Of a stretch of DNA of 64,000 bases, positions 1-13,299 are shown piece after piece. The position numbers were made by a program, and so were the translations under genes. Position 1 is the first letter of the stretch. Each line of letters begins with the position of its first letter. The DNA is from Takakia lepidozioides. Lineage: Eukaryota; Plantae; Bryophyta. Below the pieces are notes generated by a model. It had not been told where the DNA came from and ran no database searches. It saw nothing but the letters and a program-made list of their open reading frames with translations. The stretch is taken from the NCBI GenBank assembly GCA_030704615.1, contig CM060731.1, positions 68,386,001-68,450,000 of the forward strand, in the 5' to 3' direction.

Positions 1-3
1 AGT

Positions 4-726
4 GTGTCCCTTGGATGGATGTACCTCGCAATGGGAGTTCTAGTAGGATCAGCTGTCGTGCCTGTTGCTTTCGTTCTTTTATGGAGGAAAGCAAATGCTG
101 TGGGAGCTATTACTGGGACTATTGCAGGCTGCATTTCAGGTATCATCACATGGCTTGTTGTGACCAAGGTTGAGTATGGACGGGTCAACCTCGATACAAC
201 TGGTCGCAATGCACCAATGCTTGCTGGTAACCTTGTATCAATTCTCACCGGAGGTGCAATTCATGCAGTGCTCAGTTTGATTTGGCCTGATAATTATAAC
301 TGGGACACTACCAAGCACATAACCATGGTTGAAACTGACAGTTCCGATGCGCCGGCAGAGGAATACAATGAGGCAAAGTTGAATGAAGCAAGAAAGTGGA
401 TCATACGGTGGGGTGTGGGACTCACTTTAGTCATTGTTGTGATCTGGCCAATCTTGTCACTTCCCGCCAAGGTCTTTGGTTTAGGATATTTCACCTTCTG
501 GGTTGTAATCTCAATTGTGTGGGGCACCATTGGATCAGCAGTGATCATTATCTTGCCTTTGTATGAAAGCTGGGAAACTATTCAACTGGTGGCAAGAGGT
601 ATGTTTACAAATGACACACTGATGAATAAGCTGGAGGATGTCAGCCTCCGGCTGCATTCTATTATGCAAACAATGCCCGAGGCAGAGCGCCTATATTACC
701 AGGAGAAAGAACATGCTAAAACATAA
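4..726 (+). CDS. DUR3: Urea-proton symporter DUR3-like (sodium:solute symporter family), final exon; 5' part lies outside the window
   Basis: Multi-pass hydrophobic ORF with plant DUR3-like segments ([71 protein letters not shown]). TAA at 724-726. Confidence 0.9.
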   Translation: MSLGWMYLAMGVLVGSAVVPVAFVLLWRKANAVGAITGTIAGCISGIITWLVVTKVEYGRVNLDTTGRNAPMLAGNLVSILTGGAIHAVLSLIWPDNYNWDTTKHITMVETDSSDAPAEEYNEAKLNEARKWIIRWGVGLTLVIVVIWPILSLPAKVFGLGYFTFWVVISIVWGTIGSAVIIILPLYESWETIQLVARGMFTNDTLMNKLEDVSLRLHSIMQTMPEAERLYYQEKEHAKT

Positions 727-1101
727 GAGGCAGTAACTTATTCATTTGCGAGGGGAGCTAAGGACCAACAAACCAATGGTATCTGAATGATTTGGGCTAG
801 TTGATTTTTAGTTACCTTGGACATATACTGGCAATAGTGATTTTTGTAAAAGAGTTTGAGATGTTATGGTGATAAGTGTTAGAATGTAGTATATGTTGTC
901 AAAACATAGGGACAATATGGTGATTTGCTTACTACATAGGTTTAGTGGGTTATTGCAATACTGTACATTCAACTCTCATGGAAAGTGTGAAATGTAACAT
1001 CCAACAATTTCCCTTGTAACAGTACAGAAGCTAACTATTAAGACTTTGTTAACAAACTGTCAAGATTTGTCCATCAAACTATGTTACTTTTTTCAGAGAC
1101 T

Positions 1102-4100
1102 TCATACTTTTCCCTCTTGATATGAAGTTTGAACACTTGACTCAAAATTTTCTTCTTCGCCTCTGATATTTTCCTCGGTACTTCTCACTTGCTCCTGCAA
1201 CTCTGCTGCTTCTTGTGCTTTTCTGACGGTGGTCTCGTGACCTCGGATAGCCCCCTTGTGCTTCTCAACTTCAACGCCAACATGCTTGAGCTGTTCTTCA
1301 AGCTCACCGTCTCTCTCACTGAGACATTGTAGCTCATTTTGCAGCTGTTCAATTTTCACTTCCAGCTCTTTCACCCTGCATGCAGAAGAGGAAAGGTCAA
1401 GGTACAATATGTGGTATGATTGTACCAAGGATCCAACAATCTGTAACTGCAGCCAACATATCTTAGTTGCTTGTACTAGAATACTATAGGGACAGTAGGT
1501 TATGGAGATGCTTGCTGGGCTCCAACACATCCATTTTTTGCTCACTCTCTTATTCCTTTAGCTGCATTGGTATAACTGAAACAAAAATACATTGAAAGCT
1601 CACCTCCGATCCTTTTCTGCAGCCGACTCCAGTGCTTCATCTCGTTCCAAGAGTGCGTTATTTAGCTCAATTCCCAAACCCACAATCCCCTCACTTGCCC
1701 GTTGCAAGTCCTCACCCAATTTCCCAACCTCTACCTCTTTCTCCTGCAATACCTCAGCAACACTCTCTCCAACTTTAGCCTTTGCCTTGGCAGCCTCTAG
1801 CTCAGTTGAGAGAGCTTTGTGTGTCTGTCTATACTCCCTCAACTTTTCTTTCTCCGAGGCTATCAGACATTCACGCTCCTCATTTTTCTCTTTTACCATC
1901 TCAGCTTCTTCAGCCTTAGCTTTGGCAGTATCCTCCTCTCCTTCTGCCTTGGAGAAGGCACCCATAAACTTCTTCGTCAAATCCTCTATGGTTGACAGCA
2001 GCTCAGTTTTCTCGTTATTAACCTTCTTTGCCGTAGACTCTGCAGCCTGCTTCCTCTCTGCCTCCCACTGCGCCACATCTTCCAGACTTTTCACATCCCC
2101 TTCCAGATTCATTTTCATCTTGAGTGCCTCATCCTTTGCAGCAGAGACCAAGCTGTCCAGCTCTGCAACTCTAGCAGCTAAAACCTTCGCATGGGCAGAA
2201 TCTTCAGCTGCATGTTTCCTCAGACAGTTTACCTCATTTTCAAGGCCGGTTGACTTTACCTCTTCTGCTCTGAGAGCCGCTGCCAACCTGTTTGCACGTG
2301 CCACCGCGTTCCTCAGCTCCTCCGCATACTGCCCTACACTTCCTTGAAACCGAGAGGCTTTCTCTTCTGCTGGAATGGCTCGAGATTGGAAGTGATCTGC
2401 CTGAACAAACAGGAAAGTCTGGTGAAATTAATAGGTGAACTGAGCAGGCAGACATCTGTTGATATTCCAGTAAGCAAACCTGACATCCAGATCATCGTCA
2501 AACTCACCGGAACAATTCTATTTGGAATCAAATGCAAACATGAACTACATCAGGAACGTTTTTCTCTCAGCAATTTTGAAGACGAGTCGCCCAAAGACCT
2601 TCTGTGAGAGCTCGCCAACCAACGCTTCTTTGTCCTTGATTATTTCATCTTTGTCAGCAATCTCCTTACTCATATCCGCCAGTTTAGTTTCCCGCTCACG
2701 GATGCGGGAGTCAGCACCTCTGAGATCTCCTTCAATCGAATGTTTTGCTTGTAACGCGTTTTGCAACTTAGACTGCAGCCCCTTCCTTATAGATTCCGTG
2801 GACAAAAACCTTTCTTCAGCATTCTTTAGAGAAATTTCCAGAGACGCAGTTTTAGCACCAGCTTCTTGCACCTCTATCCCAAGCTTGTCAACTCTCTGCT
2901 GAAAGTCCACAATCTTTGCCTTTGCATCATGGGCTACTTTCTTGGATTTGTCTGTCTCGTTATTTGCCATGTCTACAGCTTCCTCACAGTCTTTCAAGCG
3001 GGCTTTGAGCTTCACATTTTCAGTCTCCAGGAACTTGATTCTCTGCAGAAAAGGAAAGAATTCCACGATAACTCCAGTTCAGGAGAGAAGATTACAGTTA
3101 CACTTCATGCCTACAAGAGAATTGCCATTTGAAATTTTTCTTTCTCTCTCCAGTCCGTCTTCCTTGCACAAGTCAAACACTCCCCAGCAATCTGGTAACT
3201 TCATAAACCCAATCACAGAGATTCAGATCTCAAACACACTCTCTTCAATGCTGTCAAGAAAAGACAAAGCACTGATTTGTATGAATTACAGAGCGAAGTC
3301 CCTCAAGCATACAACAGTTACGTTGGCCCTATATACAGCAAATCTTATCAGCGAGACCTTACAACGTGGCTTCCCAACAGATTGAACCAAAAGCATCATT
3401 CACCTACTTTTCAAGAGTGGTAGCAAGTTGGATGAGGGTGATTTACTGAACAATCATGGTCACTTCCTTGACAACCCAACTGCTTATAAGAGCAGTGGTA
3501 GTTAGGGAATTTGATCATTGAGGGAAAGCATCGGAGTCCGGACCTTACATCTATCGGGAAGGATACCAGCGTAGCGGTCCATTCTAGATCTCATTCTCAC
3601 TCTACAAAGTATGATCTATCGGGCTCCACAAAGAAGTTCGTGTACTGCCTCAATTTCACAATAGCTTTTGATTCTGTCTTCAGGCCACCATCTGGAGACA
3701 CTACAATGGATGGGAGTTCCCAGTTTCCAAGACTAAGGGCTAGAGGTCAACTGAGCAGCAATTTTAAAGGCCCTGCTGATCGCAGTTGTTCCTCTATAAT
3801 AATCAAGATGAGATCTAGATGGTGACCAGATGAAGTACACAAATTGGGAGTGCTATTCGTGCCCGAAAATTAAAGTTTGCAGGTACAGCGATTCCGCCTC
3901 CCTCCATCCGTAAGGGAATTGCAAACACATCCATCTTCGTCACCCTCGAATGAAGCAGTGGCTCTTTTACTCGGTTTCACTTCCGCCGTCACTATGCTGT
4001 GTTTCTGTTCTACATGAGGCTCTCCACCTTAATGAATCCTCAAACTCAATTCTGGTTGTGCTGGCTGGTTGTTGGGGGCCCATCTCCTTGTTTTCTACTT

Positions 4101-4458
4101 TCCTTTGTCCCAGCTTCCCGTGGAATAATTCTCTCATGAATCTCTCTCGCTAAGATGATCATCTGTACACCATCGATCGATCATTTTCAACTAAAAACTC
4201 TATTTTTCGGGTTATTTCCTCTCTCCTCTCTCCGAATCCACTCCTGTATCGAGCTGCCTGCGGTACCCCCTCAAAGTGTTGACAAGAGTTACCTCCCCAG
4301 TTCTCTTGCCGATATCCGAAGGCACCACGACGAGCCCAGTTGCGACAGAACTGTTCTCCTTTCCACCACCAAGTTTCTCCTGAACTTCTTTAGCCTCACC
4401 CTCCAACCTTCTCTTGGCGAATTGAACTGCTTCGGAGGCCTTCTTCGACTGCATCATG
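1102..4458 (-). CDS. Spliced coiled-coil protein of unknown function
   Basis: E/K/A-rich heptad ORFs joined at GT-AG boundaries: exons about 2599-3042, 1604-2400 and 1102-1375. The 2599/2400 junction is in frame. A likely upstream exon lies at about 4293-4458; further exons between 3043 and 4292 are unresolved. Confidence 0.7.
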
Positions 4459-5715
4459 ACCAGTAGTGCAACCAAAGGATACAAGTGAAAACTTCTTGCA
4501 ATTGGTTTGAAAAGCTGCAGGGATCACTCTTGTTGTGCAACTGCAGCCAAATAAGCACAATTTTCAGTAGTGAGAAGCGAATATTTGCTAGTGGTATTGC
4601 ATATCCTATCTCATTCCTCAGGACTCACTTCATCACATGTAATCCTGACAGAGGAAAGGCTATCACAGTACCGTTGCTTCAGTGGTCCAGGTTTGTGTTT
4701 ACAAAAAAGTCTCCAGAACACAGAAGTGCAGCAAAGATATAAATTCCATCACCCAGCTTGACACACCTTTAAATGTAGCCTTCCACTTACTAGTACCTGT
4801 CTCCCTCTTATGTGTCCCTAGGGCCTCCACCGAACGTAATTACATCTGACCCCTCGACGGGCTGTGAGTAGAGCAGTAGACTGAAGGTTAAAAAACACGA
4901 CATCAAGTCCCGTTGTGTCTTTCCCTCCAGGGGTCTCCTCTGGAATTGTTTGAAATGACATTAATCTCTCGCGGATCGGGATCGTTCATGAGTAGATATC
5001 TCTTTCGCAAGTATGCATACATATTAACTCCTAACAAGTTCACACCTCGATGACACAAGCCTCTGAAAGACAAGCTGGTCAGTGGTCGCATCCTAAGCTG
5101 TGAAATCCATATCAAGGGAGCCCAACTGAAGGGGGAAAGAGAGAGCTGTACCCAGCTAAAGATCGGACCGCCAATTTGATAAATGCTCAACACCCGGAGA
5201 GAATGCAACCTGATCCCATCAACCCAACTTCTGCAGCGTGTAAACAGGAAACTTGTCGATCGATCTGGTGAGTACTCTTGTCTAGTCACAAATGTATGTG
5301 AAAAGAGGGGAGAAAGAGTGACCTCCGTGGCTCGCTGCTCCTGCGACATTTGATCCAAATCGTCCGAGGTTAGAAGTATGAGATGGTGTCAAGGGCGACA
5401 CGTGAAGCAAAAGTGACAGTGCAGGTGTCGATTGCGAGGGAGCTAGTGTTTGTTGCATGGCATGACACGTAAGAAATGTAGTGCGATTTTTATCGCCCTC
5501 GGATTGACGCCCCAGAGTCTAGGAAGGCCCTCCACTCACGGCTTTCCCCTGCGTAAAGAAATGGGATGATTTGTCGGAATTACACACAGTGTGTAGTGTG
5601 CATTATACATTTTTGTAATGCCCTTGTACTCGGGCCTGGCTATTACGTAGTACAACGAGCAGATATTAACCCGGTAGGGCGAGACACTTTCCGAGGTGGA
5701 CAGCCAGCCAGGCAG

Positions 5716-5980
5716 CAGGGTTTCTTTTAAGGAATTTGGAAAAACAGCACGAGTGGCTACAGAGTCTTACAAAAAATAGCCATAAATTCTGTTCATCCAC
5801 TGAAATTCATCCACCTCTGTACTTTAATCCATTTATATCATCCATACTTGGCGAATTCATCCACAATTTATTTTTTATTTGGAGAGGTCTGGCAATTTCA
5901 TCCATGAAAAAACAGGGAATTTGTGACAGAATATTCGATTTTATTTTTTGAGGTCGCAATCTGGCGATAATTCGCCAATA
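5716..5980. mobile_element. End of a hAT-like/MITE dispersed repeat (family shared with 18357-18612)
   Basis: Begins CAGGGTTT and carries repeated TTCATCC motifs. Aligns by eye with 18357-18612, which begins CAGTGTTT. Confidence 0.5.
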
Positions 5981-6146
5981 AAAAAAACGCTGACCCATTC
6001 TATTGCGTAACAGCCGGTCGATTCTGACCACAAACACTAGCTACTGTTAAGTTCCCACCCCCACCATAGATTTGTCAAGTTAAATTAATTACAGTGTGAA
6101 CTAAGCTAGACACGGAACATATCTAATATTTAACACTTGGAATTAG

Positions 6147-7050
6147 TAGGAGATGTGCAGGACCCTCCAGAGTCAACTACGGCTATTCTCACTTTGGTTT
6201 TCTTTGATCTTACATGGCTGCTAAAAAGGCTTGGGCTTTGCTATGTGCAGCAGTCGCCAAGAAACCAGAGCGGACCTCTCTTCTCCATATTTTCCGAGCA
6301 ACATGGGCCAAGCACGGGATCATTTGTAGCTGTGCTAATGATCTCATTTGCTTATGGGCGGAGTACAAAATCCCCTCCGGCTGGCAAGGGCACAGACGTC
6401 ACCTCTTCTGTTTATGGGGACAGAATCCCCTCCGGCTGGCAGGGGCACAGATGTCACCTCTTCGGCTTCCCCGGAATTTGAGAGATCAGGTGTTAATTGG
6501 AAGCATGTCAGGCCCTCCTCAGCAGCCAGACTCCACTTCCATAGATGACTCTCTTGCTCTTTATACTCCTCCCCTCTGTAGCTTCTCTCCCCCGCTCCTC
6601 CTCTAGGCCCCTCTCTACTCCACCCCCCTCGCCCCTACCACAGTTCCTGCTACCATAGGTCTCTTTCCCTCGACCTCTCCGTCGCTCCGTCCTGTTCGAC
6701 CCTCTCCTCAAGTTTCTTAAGTTCTCTTCTTTCTTTTGCTTTGCCCTCTTCTCTATCTCTTTCGTTTTTGGCGTGGAGTCCATGCTAGGTTACTGTTAAT
6801 TTCGCTATGGTTTATTTCGTCCTCAGGAAGCTGCGGCCTCCTTCTCCTCATGGTGTCCATTTAATGGTCCGTAATTAAAATCCATGGTGTCCTCGTTCCT
6901 AGTTACTGTTCGTGAGTTATCCAGCATGGTCTACCGTGTGTCAAGCCTTACGGCGGTTTTAATTTTTCTCCCTTCAATAATCATCAATAAAGTTTCATAG
7001 AGGGCCTCTATCCCATGTTATTCAAAAATAAATAAAAATAAAAATAAAAA
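6147..7050 (+). mobile_element. 5'-truncated non-LTR retroposon (LINE 3' end-like) insertion
   Basis: Interrupts the sequence homologous to 36907-37090 and ends in AATAAA (about 6987) plus an A-rich tail (7024-7050). Contains a 55-bp tandem duplication (6369/6424) and a Trp-rich peptide (KKAWALL...HIFRATW) reminiscent of LINE ORF2 C-termini. Confidence 0.5.
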
Positions 7051-7145
7051 TCAAGTGTTAAGCCAGGTGTCAAGTTTAGTTTGATACCTGAAACGTCTTA
7101 TCCTAACGCTATGCTCATCTCTCTCGAGTTAAGCTTGCGACCCAT

Positions 7146-7773
7146 AGGGGGATTGATATGGCGTGGGCACAAATGGCTTGAGCACAAAAAAAACGTCGCA
7201 TGAGCAAGATCCACGGTTATAGGGGTGATATGTATGCCAGCAGAAATACAGCAGAAATACATATAATAGACGGACATACTAGGGTCTTTCTGCGTTGATA
7301 GGGTCTTACATAATGTCTAAATATTATCTTAAACATAGAGCTTGAAAGGGCGAAACCTTTTAAGAAAGGAAAACCCCTAATTTCGTTGATGAAACCCAAG
7401 TTTCGATGACGAACTCCAAGTTTCGCTAGCAAAAAATCCAAGATGCATTTGCGTTTCACCGACGAAATCCATTTTTTGGGTGGTTCTTGGGGATGTTCTA
7501 CACACAGTGTTCTATCAAATATCACATTGTTTACGTTCACTGACCTTTGAGTTCTAGCAGATATATTTGTGGGTCTTTGTGCTCACGTTAGTTAAGCTTT
7601 GGATGATTAATTTCATAAGTTTTTTCGTGTGAGCACGGTTTTCAGATAGTTTCGTATTTTTTTTTTGGCGTGAGCTCATTTTGGTTTCGCTACCGCATAT
7701 TATCCGGATTCTTGGGGAATATGCAAAATATGTCTCTATGCTCACATGAGTCTGCTCACATGTTACCCAACCT
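7146..7773. mobile_element. Non-autonomous DNA transposon (hAT-like) with GTGAGCAC/GCTCAC subterminal motifs
   Basis: Flanked on both sides by cgacc (partial TSD) and starts GGGGATTG, like the insertion at 55898. Motifs are inverted between the two ends. Confidence 0.45.
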
Positions 7774-8179
7774 CGACCGAGGGCTCCAACGTAGTTGTGT
7801 AGCGATACGCATGCGCACAATATATTGGATCACTTGAATTTCCGTATTCAGGAGCTTATAGATCCAAGTGCATAATATTCTCTTTCACTTTTAGATGAGA
7901 ATAGATAATTAGAGTTCACTAGACAAACGATCAAGGGGATGCCGAAAACCTGATTTCCAAATGTATATATCCTGAATGTGGCGGCAATCGTGGCCATCCG
8001 CCGATCAGTGGTGAGGATGGAAAGGGCAGGCAGTAGGAAAAAAAACCTGAAAAGAAAAACCAAAAACCGGCTGGTCGGGAGGACCATGGCCAGCGGTGTC
8101 GTCGCAACGTCGAGGGACCAGTGGCAGCGACGACGGACGTGAGAGGACTGCGCGGGGCGTCGCGACTAGTGGGTAATGG

Positions 8180-9150
8180 TATTGAAGAAAAATTATATTT
8201 CAATACCAGCCGGTTCCATAGTATTGGAATATTCACTTAATCGTAATATCCGCCAGTTCTCAATACTAGTATGATTTTTTATTTGTGGACGGGTATCAAG
8301 TATTCCAATCGTAATAATAGCCGGTTATAAACCTGGATATAAATAATTAAAATTAAAATTAAAATAACTACCAAATCATTAATATGCCTTTAATTTGGAA
8401 ACATACTTGATTTCATATTCTGTTGAAAAATTCAGACTTTGCATTACATAATAATATTGCGGATTTTAGTACGCAAAGTGAAGCGAGCTTTGTTAAAATT
8501 ACAAGCCTCATTGTCAAACATGCCAACATCTGGACAATCAGCATGTAGCCACGTACCACATTGGATGCGGTTGTGGGTTCAAACCACGGTCTGGTGTCAT
8601 GAAGGTGTCCACCTTTCAGCTGGAAGGCAGTAGCCCTTGTGGTGAAGAGACACCAAGTGGACAGTACCCTACCGACATTACTTAAAATTAGCACTAATTT
8701 GTCGAGGTAAGCATTGCCCTACCAACATGCACAAAAAAATGAAAAAGAGTGGCGGGCCCAAGGGGCTGGACATGCCCAGACCCCACCCCAGCCGAAACTT
8801 CATATCTATACCATGGTATAATATGTGTATACTATGGTATAGTCAATAGATACGAAGCTGGTATAGTATACTATAGCTATACTATGGTATAGTCCTTGTT
8901 TTTGCCCATAATATGTGTATTGAACGGGCATTTCCTTTGTCAATACTAAAAAGAGAGAGAGAAGGCCCCATAAGAGCCACTTCGCCTCACGGTTACTACT
9001 CCATTTCGGGGGTGGACCCTATCTTGTCAATACTAGCCTATATAAGGTATTGACGTAGGTATTGGAATTGCCAATACCAGGCGGTTCGGTTATTAACCCT
9101 GATATTGCAACAGCCAATACCAGCCGGGTCGGTTATTTAATACCCTGGTT
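8180..9150. mobile_element. hAT-like subterminal region(s)
   Basis: Clusters of GTATTG/CAATAC motifs ending in ...ggttat(t)taa(ta)ccctg, the reverse complement of a CAGGG terminus, at about 8335, 9102 and 9147. Confidence 0.35.
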
Positions 9151-10880
9151 GATACCCAAAGGCGTGGTGGACAGGGTGACGGAGGCTGACAGGGGACTGC
9201 CTCAGTTTAATGCACGCACTAAACTATCGAGTCCTGAAGAATTTGGCTTATCAGGTTGAACAACGTTCAGTCTGTTCTTTTCCTTTATATTGCTGCAGGT
9301 TGCTTCTCATTCATCTTCTCAAGCTTGGCAGCCTCAGTCTACTGCAAGTACCTTTAACCTCTTCTCCTCCTGTTTCTGTTTCTGTATTGGACAATTTCCA
9401 GCATCTCAGGCTGCACCCACATGTACTGCTCCCTAATTTCAGACAGCCACAGCCCTCGTGGTCTTTCATTCTCTCTTGCATCTCATCTTCTCTACCACAA
9501 AAACTGGCAGTGAATCATCGCCCTGGTTTTTCACTATTTTCAGATGTGAGGCCTGCGAAAATCACGTCGCCAGTAATCTCCGATCTCTACTAAACTCTCT
9601 TCCTACATCCTCAGCAGCTTCATGTTTAGGAATTTGCGCTATGAGATACGGAATTCAATGCAACGATAAGATGCATGTCAGATTTCCATACACACATTCT
9701 ATCTGCGTGATCAAGTTTTTTGAGTTCAAGTCAGTAATTATGGTGACGAAGTGATATGGTGTACAACGACGGGGTAGGCACTTGCAGGCAGAAACATGTC
9801 GATCGCTGGCACTTCGGAGCAAACATTCGACCAGTAGCTACCTTTCAAGCCCATTTCGTTTCAACAAGAATGTACTCAATTTGCCAATCCATGATTGTGT
9901 GGAATCTAGCATTGCATCCTGAGGCATTCCAGCCCAAAACGCTAGAAGGATGCGACAAGCACTGTGACCGTGCAATGTTAGATTGTTTCCAGCAACGTGA
10001 GCTGGAAGCACCACTTGTGCTTTGACCCTGTGGGTACCGGATGAACAAATTCTCGGCATTAACTGTATAAAGTAAGAGGAGATTTCTAAGAAGTCATACT
10101 CTTTATCAAAATGCCCTTCATTGTCACACCACATTGAGTGCTACAGCAAGCCCCAAGGTGAAATATGAGAAGAGGGTCCACATGTATATCAATTGCACCA
10201 CACTGTTGCAGAAGCCATTGCATCACACTACCAGAGGACCTGGGTGTCCTCCATCTCCACCAATACAACAAGGAACCCTTTGTCCACATGACTACATTAT
10301 GCAGGGAGCATTGGTATTGACTCTGACCCCCTTCAATCCGTGGAATATCTCCATCTGACTCCCAGTTCCATGCAGAGAGTGGCAGCAGTGGTGAGTCATC
10401 CCCATCCACATTTATTGCCTCTGTTCAGCCTTCGCATAGAGGTCACACTAGGATTACATGTCTCATACCTTCCTCCATACAGATTCAGCTCAAGCAAAGC
10501 AGATGCCGCAACACCCTTCAGGCTCCCTTCTTCATTTAAATGTCTTGGAATCGTTCATAGAAGCTGTCGGAGAAGATGACATTTGTCAGATCCAGAAATG
10601 CAAACTCCCTGGAAGTACAAAGAAGGAGAAAACGCAGTGCAGCAGGGACCTCCAAACCGGCCAAGTCGACTGGGGCTATGAAAGCTTCGTCTCTTGTCAA
10701 CTTGAATGACTTGCTCCTTACTGGCAGATATCAACAACTGCACTTAATTGCTGACGCAACCCCACCTGCAAGTTCTCTTTAATCATCAAACCTACAGAAG
10801 GCACCCTAAAGTCTCGAAGTGTCTGTTAGATGTACACAGCACCTGCACACTACACCTAATTTGCTGCATAGCTCCGTGCA

Positions 10881-11870
10881 CTAAGGCCAGGCATGGGCAT
10901 AAAATCCTTTAGCACGCAGTTCAGCGAGCAGCCAGGTGGCATCCTCGAGTGTGTGATTAAACTGGTCCCAACCAAAATAACTCATCCTGGGATGGCGGTA
11001 GTGAATTTCCACAAACAACTCATCAACAATATCTGCCATAGCTGGGTCTTGGATCCATCGCTCCAGAATTGGCCATTCGCTTCCCTCTATGTCCATCTTA
11101 ACCACAAGGGTGTCAGCTGCTGTAAGCTTCAATTCTTGTTTGATGAAGCGCGTTATGTTGATGGCCGCGGTAGCCTGGTCGTCGAAGTCGGAGACAAAGC
11201 TGTAGTAAACATTTATGCGATCAAGCATAGCCTGGGGAATACCTGCTTGCTCTTTCACTCGGGTTGAGTTTGTATCCTCTGGAGTCCAGTTTGTCTCCTC
11301 CGGAGGTCCGGCACTCGGTACTCGCAGCAGAGTTTCCTCCACTTCAAATGCGTGGACCTCAGTGAAGTCGCATGGATACATTCTCTGAAACCATTGGATG
11401 CTTGTTTGGAAAACATTTGCTCCGAGATCTAAGTAAACACGACGTTTTCTCTTATTAAGATTGATCTTGCTCCCCAGGAGCCAGGGCAGAATGTGTGTTT
11501 TGTCTTCAACATCACTAGAAAACCTGAGGCTGTAACCTCTCCGAAAGTTGTTGAAAGAATCCAGGCTCTCAATCAGTTGCCCCTTCACTCCACAGGCGGC
11601 CGGCTCCCCAATCCACTTCATCTGATTCCATGCATTCCAAGTCAATTTCCGTGATTTCGTCGCAAGGTGTCCCTCCACAGACTTACACTCGAGGACTTCT
11701 GTCGTCTGTGAACTAAACAGACTGCTTAGATTCGTCGCAGGGCACTTTGAGAACAAAATACTTGAGGAGATATCCAGAGCAATGTAGCTTGCGAGAACGA
11801 AAACAATGAAATAAAGTAGCCGAGGAGGTACTGGTGTCTCACGGGATGCCAAAATGGCGGGGGAAGTCAT
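10881..11870 (-). CDS. FkbM-like (Methyltransf_21) SAM-dependent methyltransferase, N-terminal membrane anchor, intronless; paralog 1
   Basis: 329-aa ORF with an N-terminal hydrophobic helix, VYLDLGAN (SAM motif), VHAFE, VVKMDIEGSEW and VDELFVEIH. Confidence 0.8.
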   Translation of the reverse strand: MTSPAILASRETPVPPRLLYFIVFVLASYIALDISSSILFSKCPATNLSSLFSSQTTEVLECKSVEGHLATKSRKLTWNAWNQMKWIGEPAACGVKGQLIESLDSFNNFRRGYSLRFSSDVEDKTHILPWLLGSKINLNKRKRRVYLDLGANVFQTSIQWFQRMYPCDFTEVHAFEVEETLLRVPSAGPPEETNWTPEDTNSTRVKEQAGIPQAMLDRINVYYSFVSDFDDQATAAINITRFIKQELKLTAADTLVVKMDIEGSEWPILERWIQDPAMADIVDELFVEIHYRHPRMSYFGWDQFNHTLEDATWLLAELRAKGFYAHAWP

Positions 11871-12758
11871 AATTGGGATCGGAGCGCACCCACAGTATAG
11901 AAAGCTGAGAATGGAATTGACAATCCTATGAGGTCGTCATCCCTCCAAAACCTGCTTGATAGTGATTATGGCTGTCCCGTATGCAGCATCCTCATCAGAC
12001 CATGTCTCACCTCCTTCCCACCGCTCTATCTGGACACCATCTGGGTCTCTACTGCAATCGTCGTCTTACTTCAAGATCTTCGGTTCAAAGAACACTTCCT
12101 TCCACACTTTCACGAGCCCACCATGCACGTAGTGGATTCAAGCTCACTTGAGCGAGCTATTCTCGACTCTAGGAGATTCGAATTCTCAACTCACCGACAG
12201 AACTAAATACCCATCAAAGAAGAACCAAAGATAGAACGTGAGAGAACAGTAGCAGCGCGATCGCTGCACTGTTGTGTCTTAAAGAGATCTGCACACACTG
12301 TCTCTGACAGCAGCATGATGGGAGCTTTACCATCATTGCAGACAGCCGTGTGTGGAGTGTGCACCTAGCTGCCAGCTCGTCACCCACCCTTCCCGACACG
12401 AACTAAAGCCCATGTTATGCATCCCTTTTATCTCACATCAATCATTTCAACCTTTATCTTTTGACATGTGAGCACGGTTGGTGGTAGCCCAAAAAACGGA
12501 GGGTCGAATATTATGCGACTACCTCCTCAGTTACCCATGTATCACTCTTGTGTGAATCATTCACAGACAATGAAAAACTGCAGCGAATTTGCTACTCGAT
12601 CAACATACCGATCACCAACGCCTTCAAGAAGAAAGGAAAAAGTTTCTTTGTGGGGCCCTTCAGGCATACGTACTTAGGGCTAATCGACAATGTTCAGGTC
12701 TCGCTAGCCTAATGAGACGTTACCTGCAAAACCAAGACAATATCATAGCCTGAGCACG

Positions 12759-12836
12759 GAAGCAAAACGACATTCATTTCCACAAAAACTTGTTGGCAAT
12801 TGTTTTCTTACATAACTACTACCTTCAGGCCTCCTG
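12759..12836. repeat. 78-bp exact direct repeat, copy 1 (copy 2 at 15552-15629)
   Basis: gaagcaaaacgacattc...ccttcaggcctcctg is identical at both sites. Confidence 0.9.
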
Positions 12837-13299
12837 ATCTGTTGCTCCTGGTATCAGGTAGCTAGAGTTAGCTTTGCTTCGTTCCACGTTGACTATGCAT
12901 TCTATATAATTGAAGTGATGTGTCCAGCAATAGAGCAAACCAACCTTGAAGGAGATAGGGAACTGGATCCCAAGACAAAATTTTGAAAGCTGCAGTGTAG
13001 ATCAGTGTAGTGTTGTTAGATTGGTGGTACAGATGATCAGTTGTCTCCTCTAGAAAGAAAGGTTGTCCGTGTACTAGCTAGTCAGGTCTTTATTGTGCAA
13101 CACAAACAATTCGACTTTGAAGTTTGCTACAGTTGTAGTCGACTTATTTAGCGCAATTTGAGACTGATGCACGACAGTGGTTTGTGGATTGAAAGAACCA
13201 TCTCGACTAGTTTGAAGTACTGTCAAATGTGTAACATAGGCTTAAGGAATGTTCAGCTTTCTACAGGGTCTCTTGCTGAGCCATGTCCAAACAATCAGA

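Larger units (their letters stand above)
6073..7822 (+). mobile_element. Miniature derivative of the 36907-48365 element, interrupted by two nested insertions
   Basis: 6073-6146 and 7051-7143 match 36907-37090. 7774-7787 (cgaccgagggctcc) continues that match. 7791-7822 (gtagttgtgtagcgatacgcatgcgcacaata) matches the element's 3' end at 48334-48365. Confidence 0.75.

Noticed and set aside
1256-2902. Ser-rich + strand ORFs (e.g. 1592-2347)
   Set aside because: Antisense shadows of the E/K-rich coiled-coil exons.
9838-10743. Possible - strand pseudogene (two ORFs share a frame)
   Set aside because: Stop density between them looks random and I recognise no motif.
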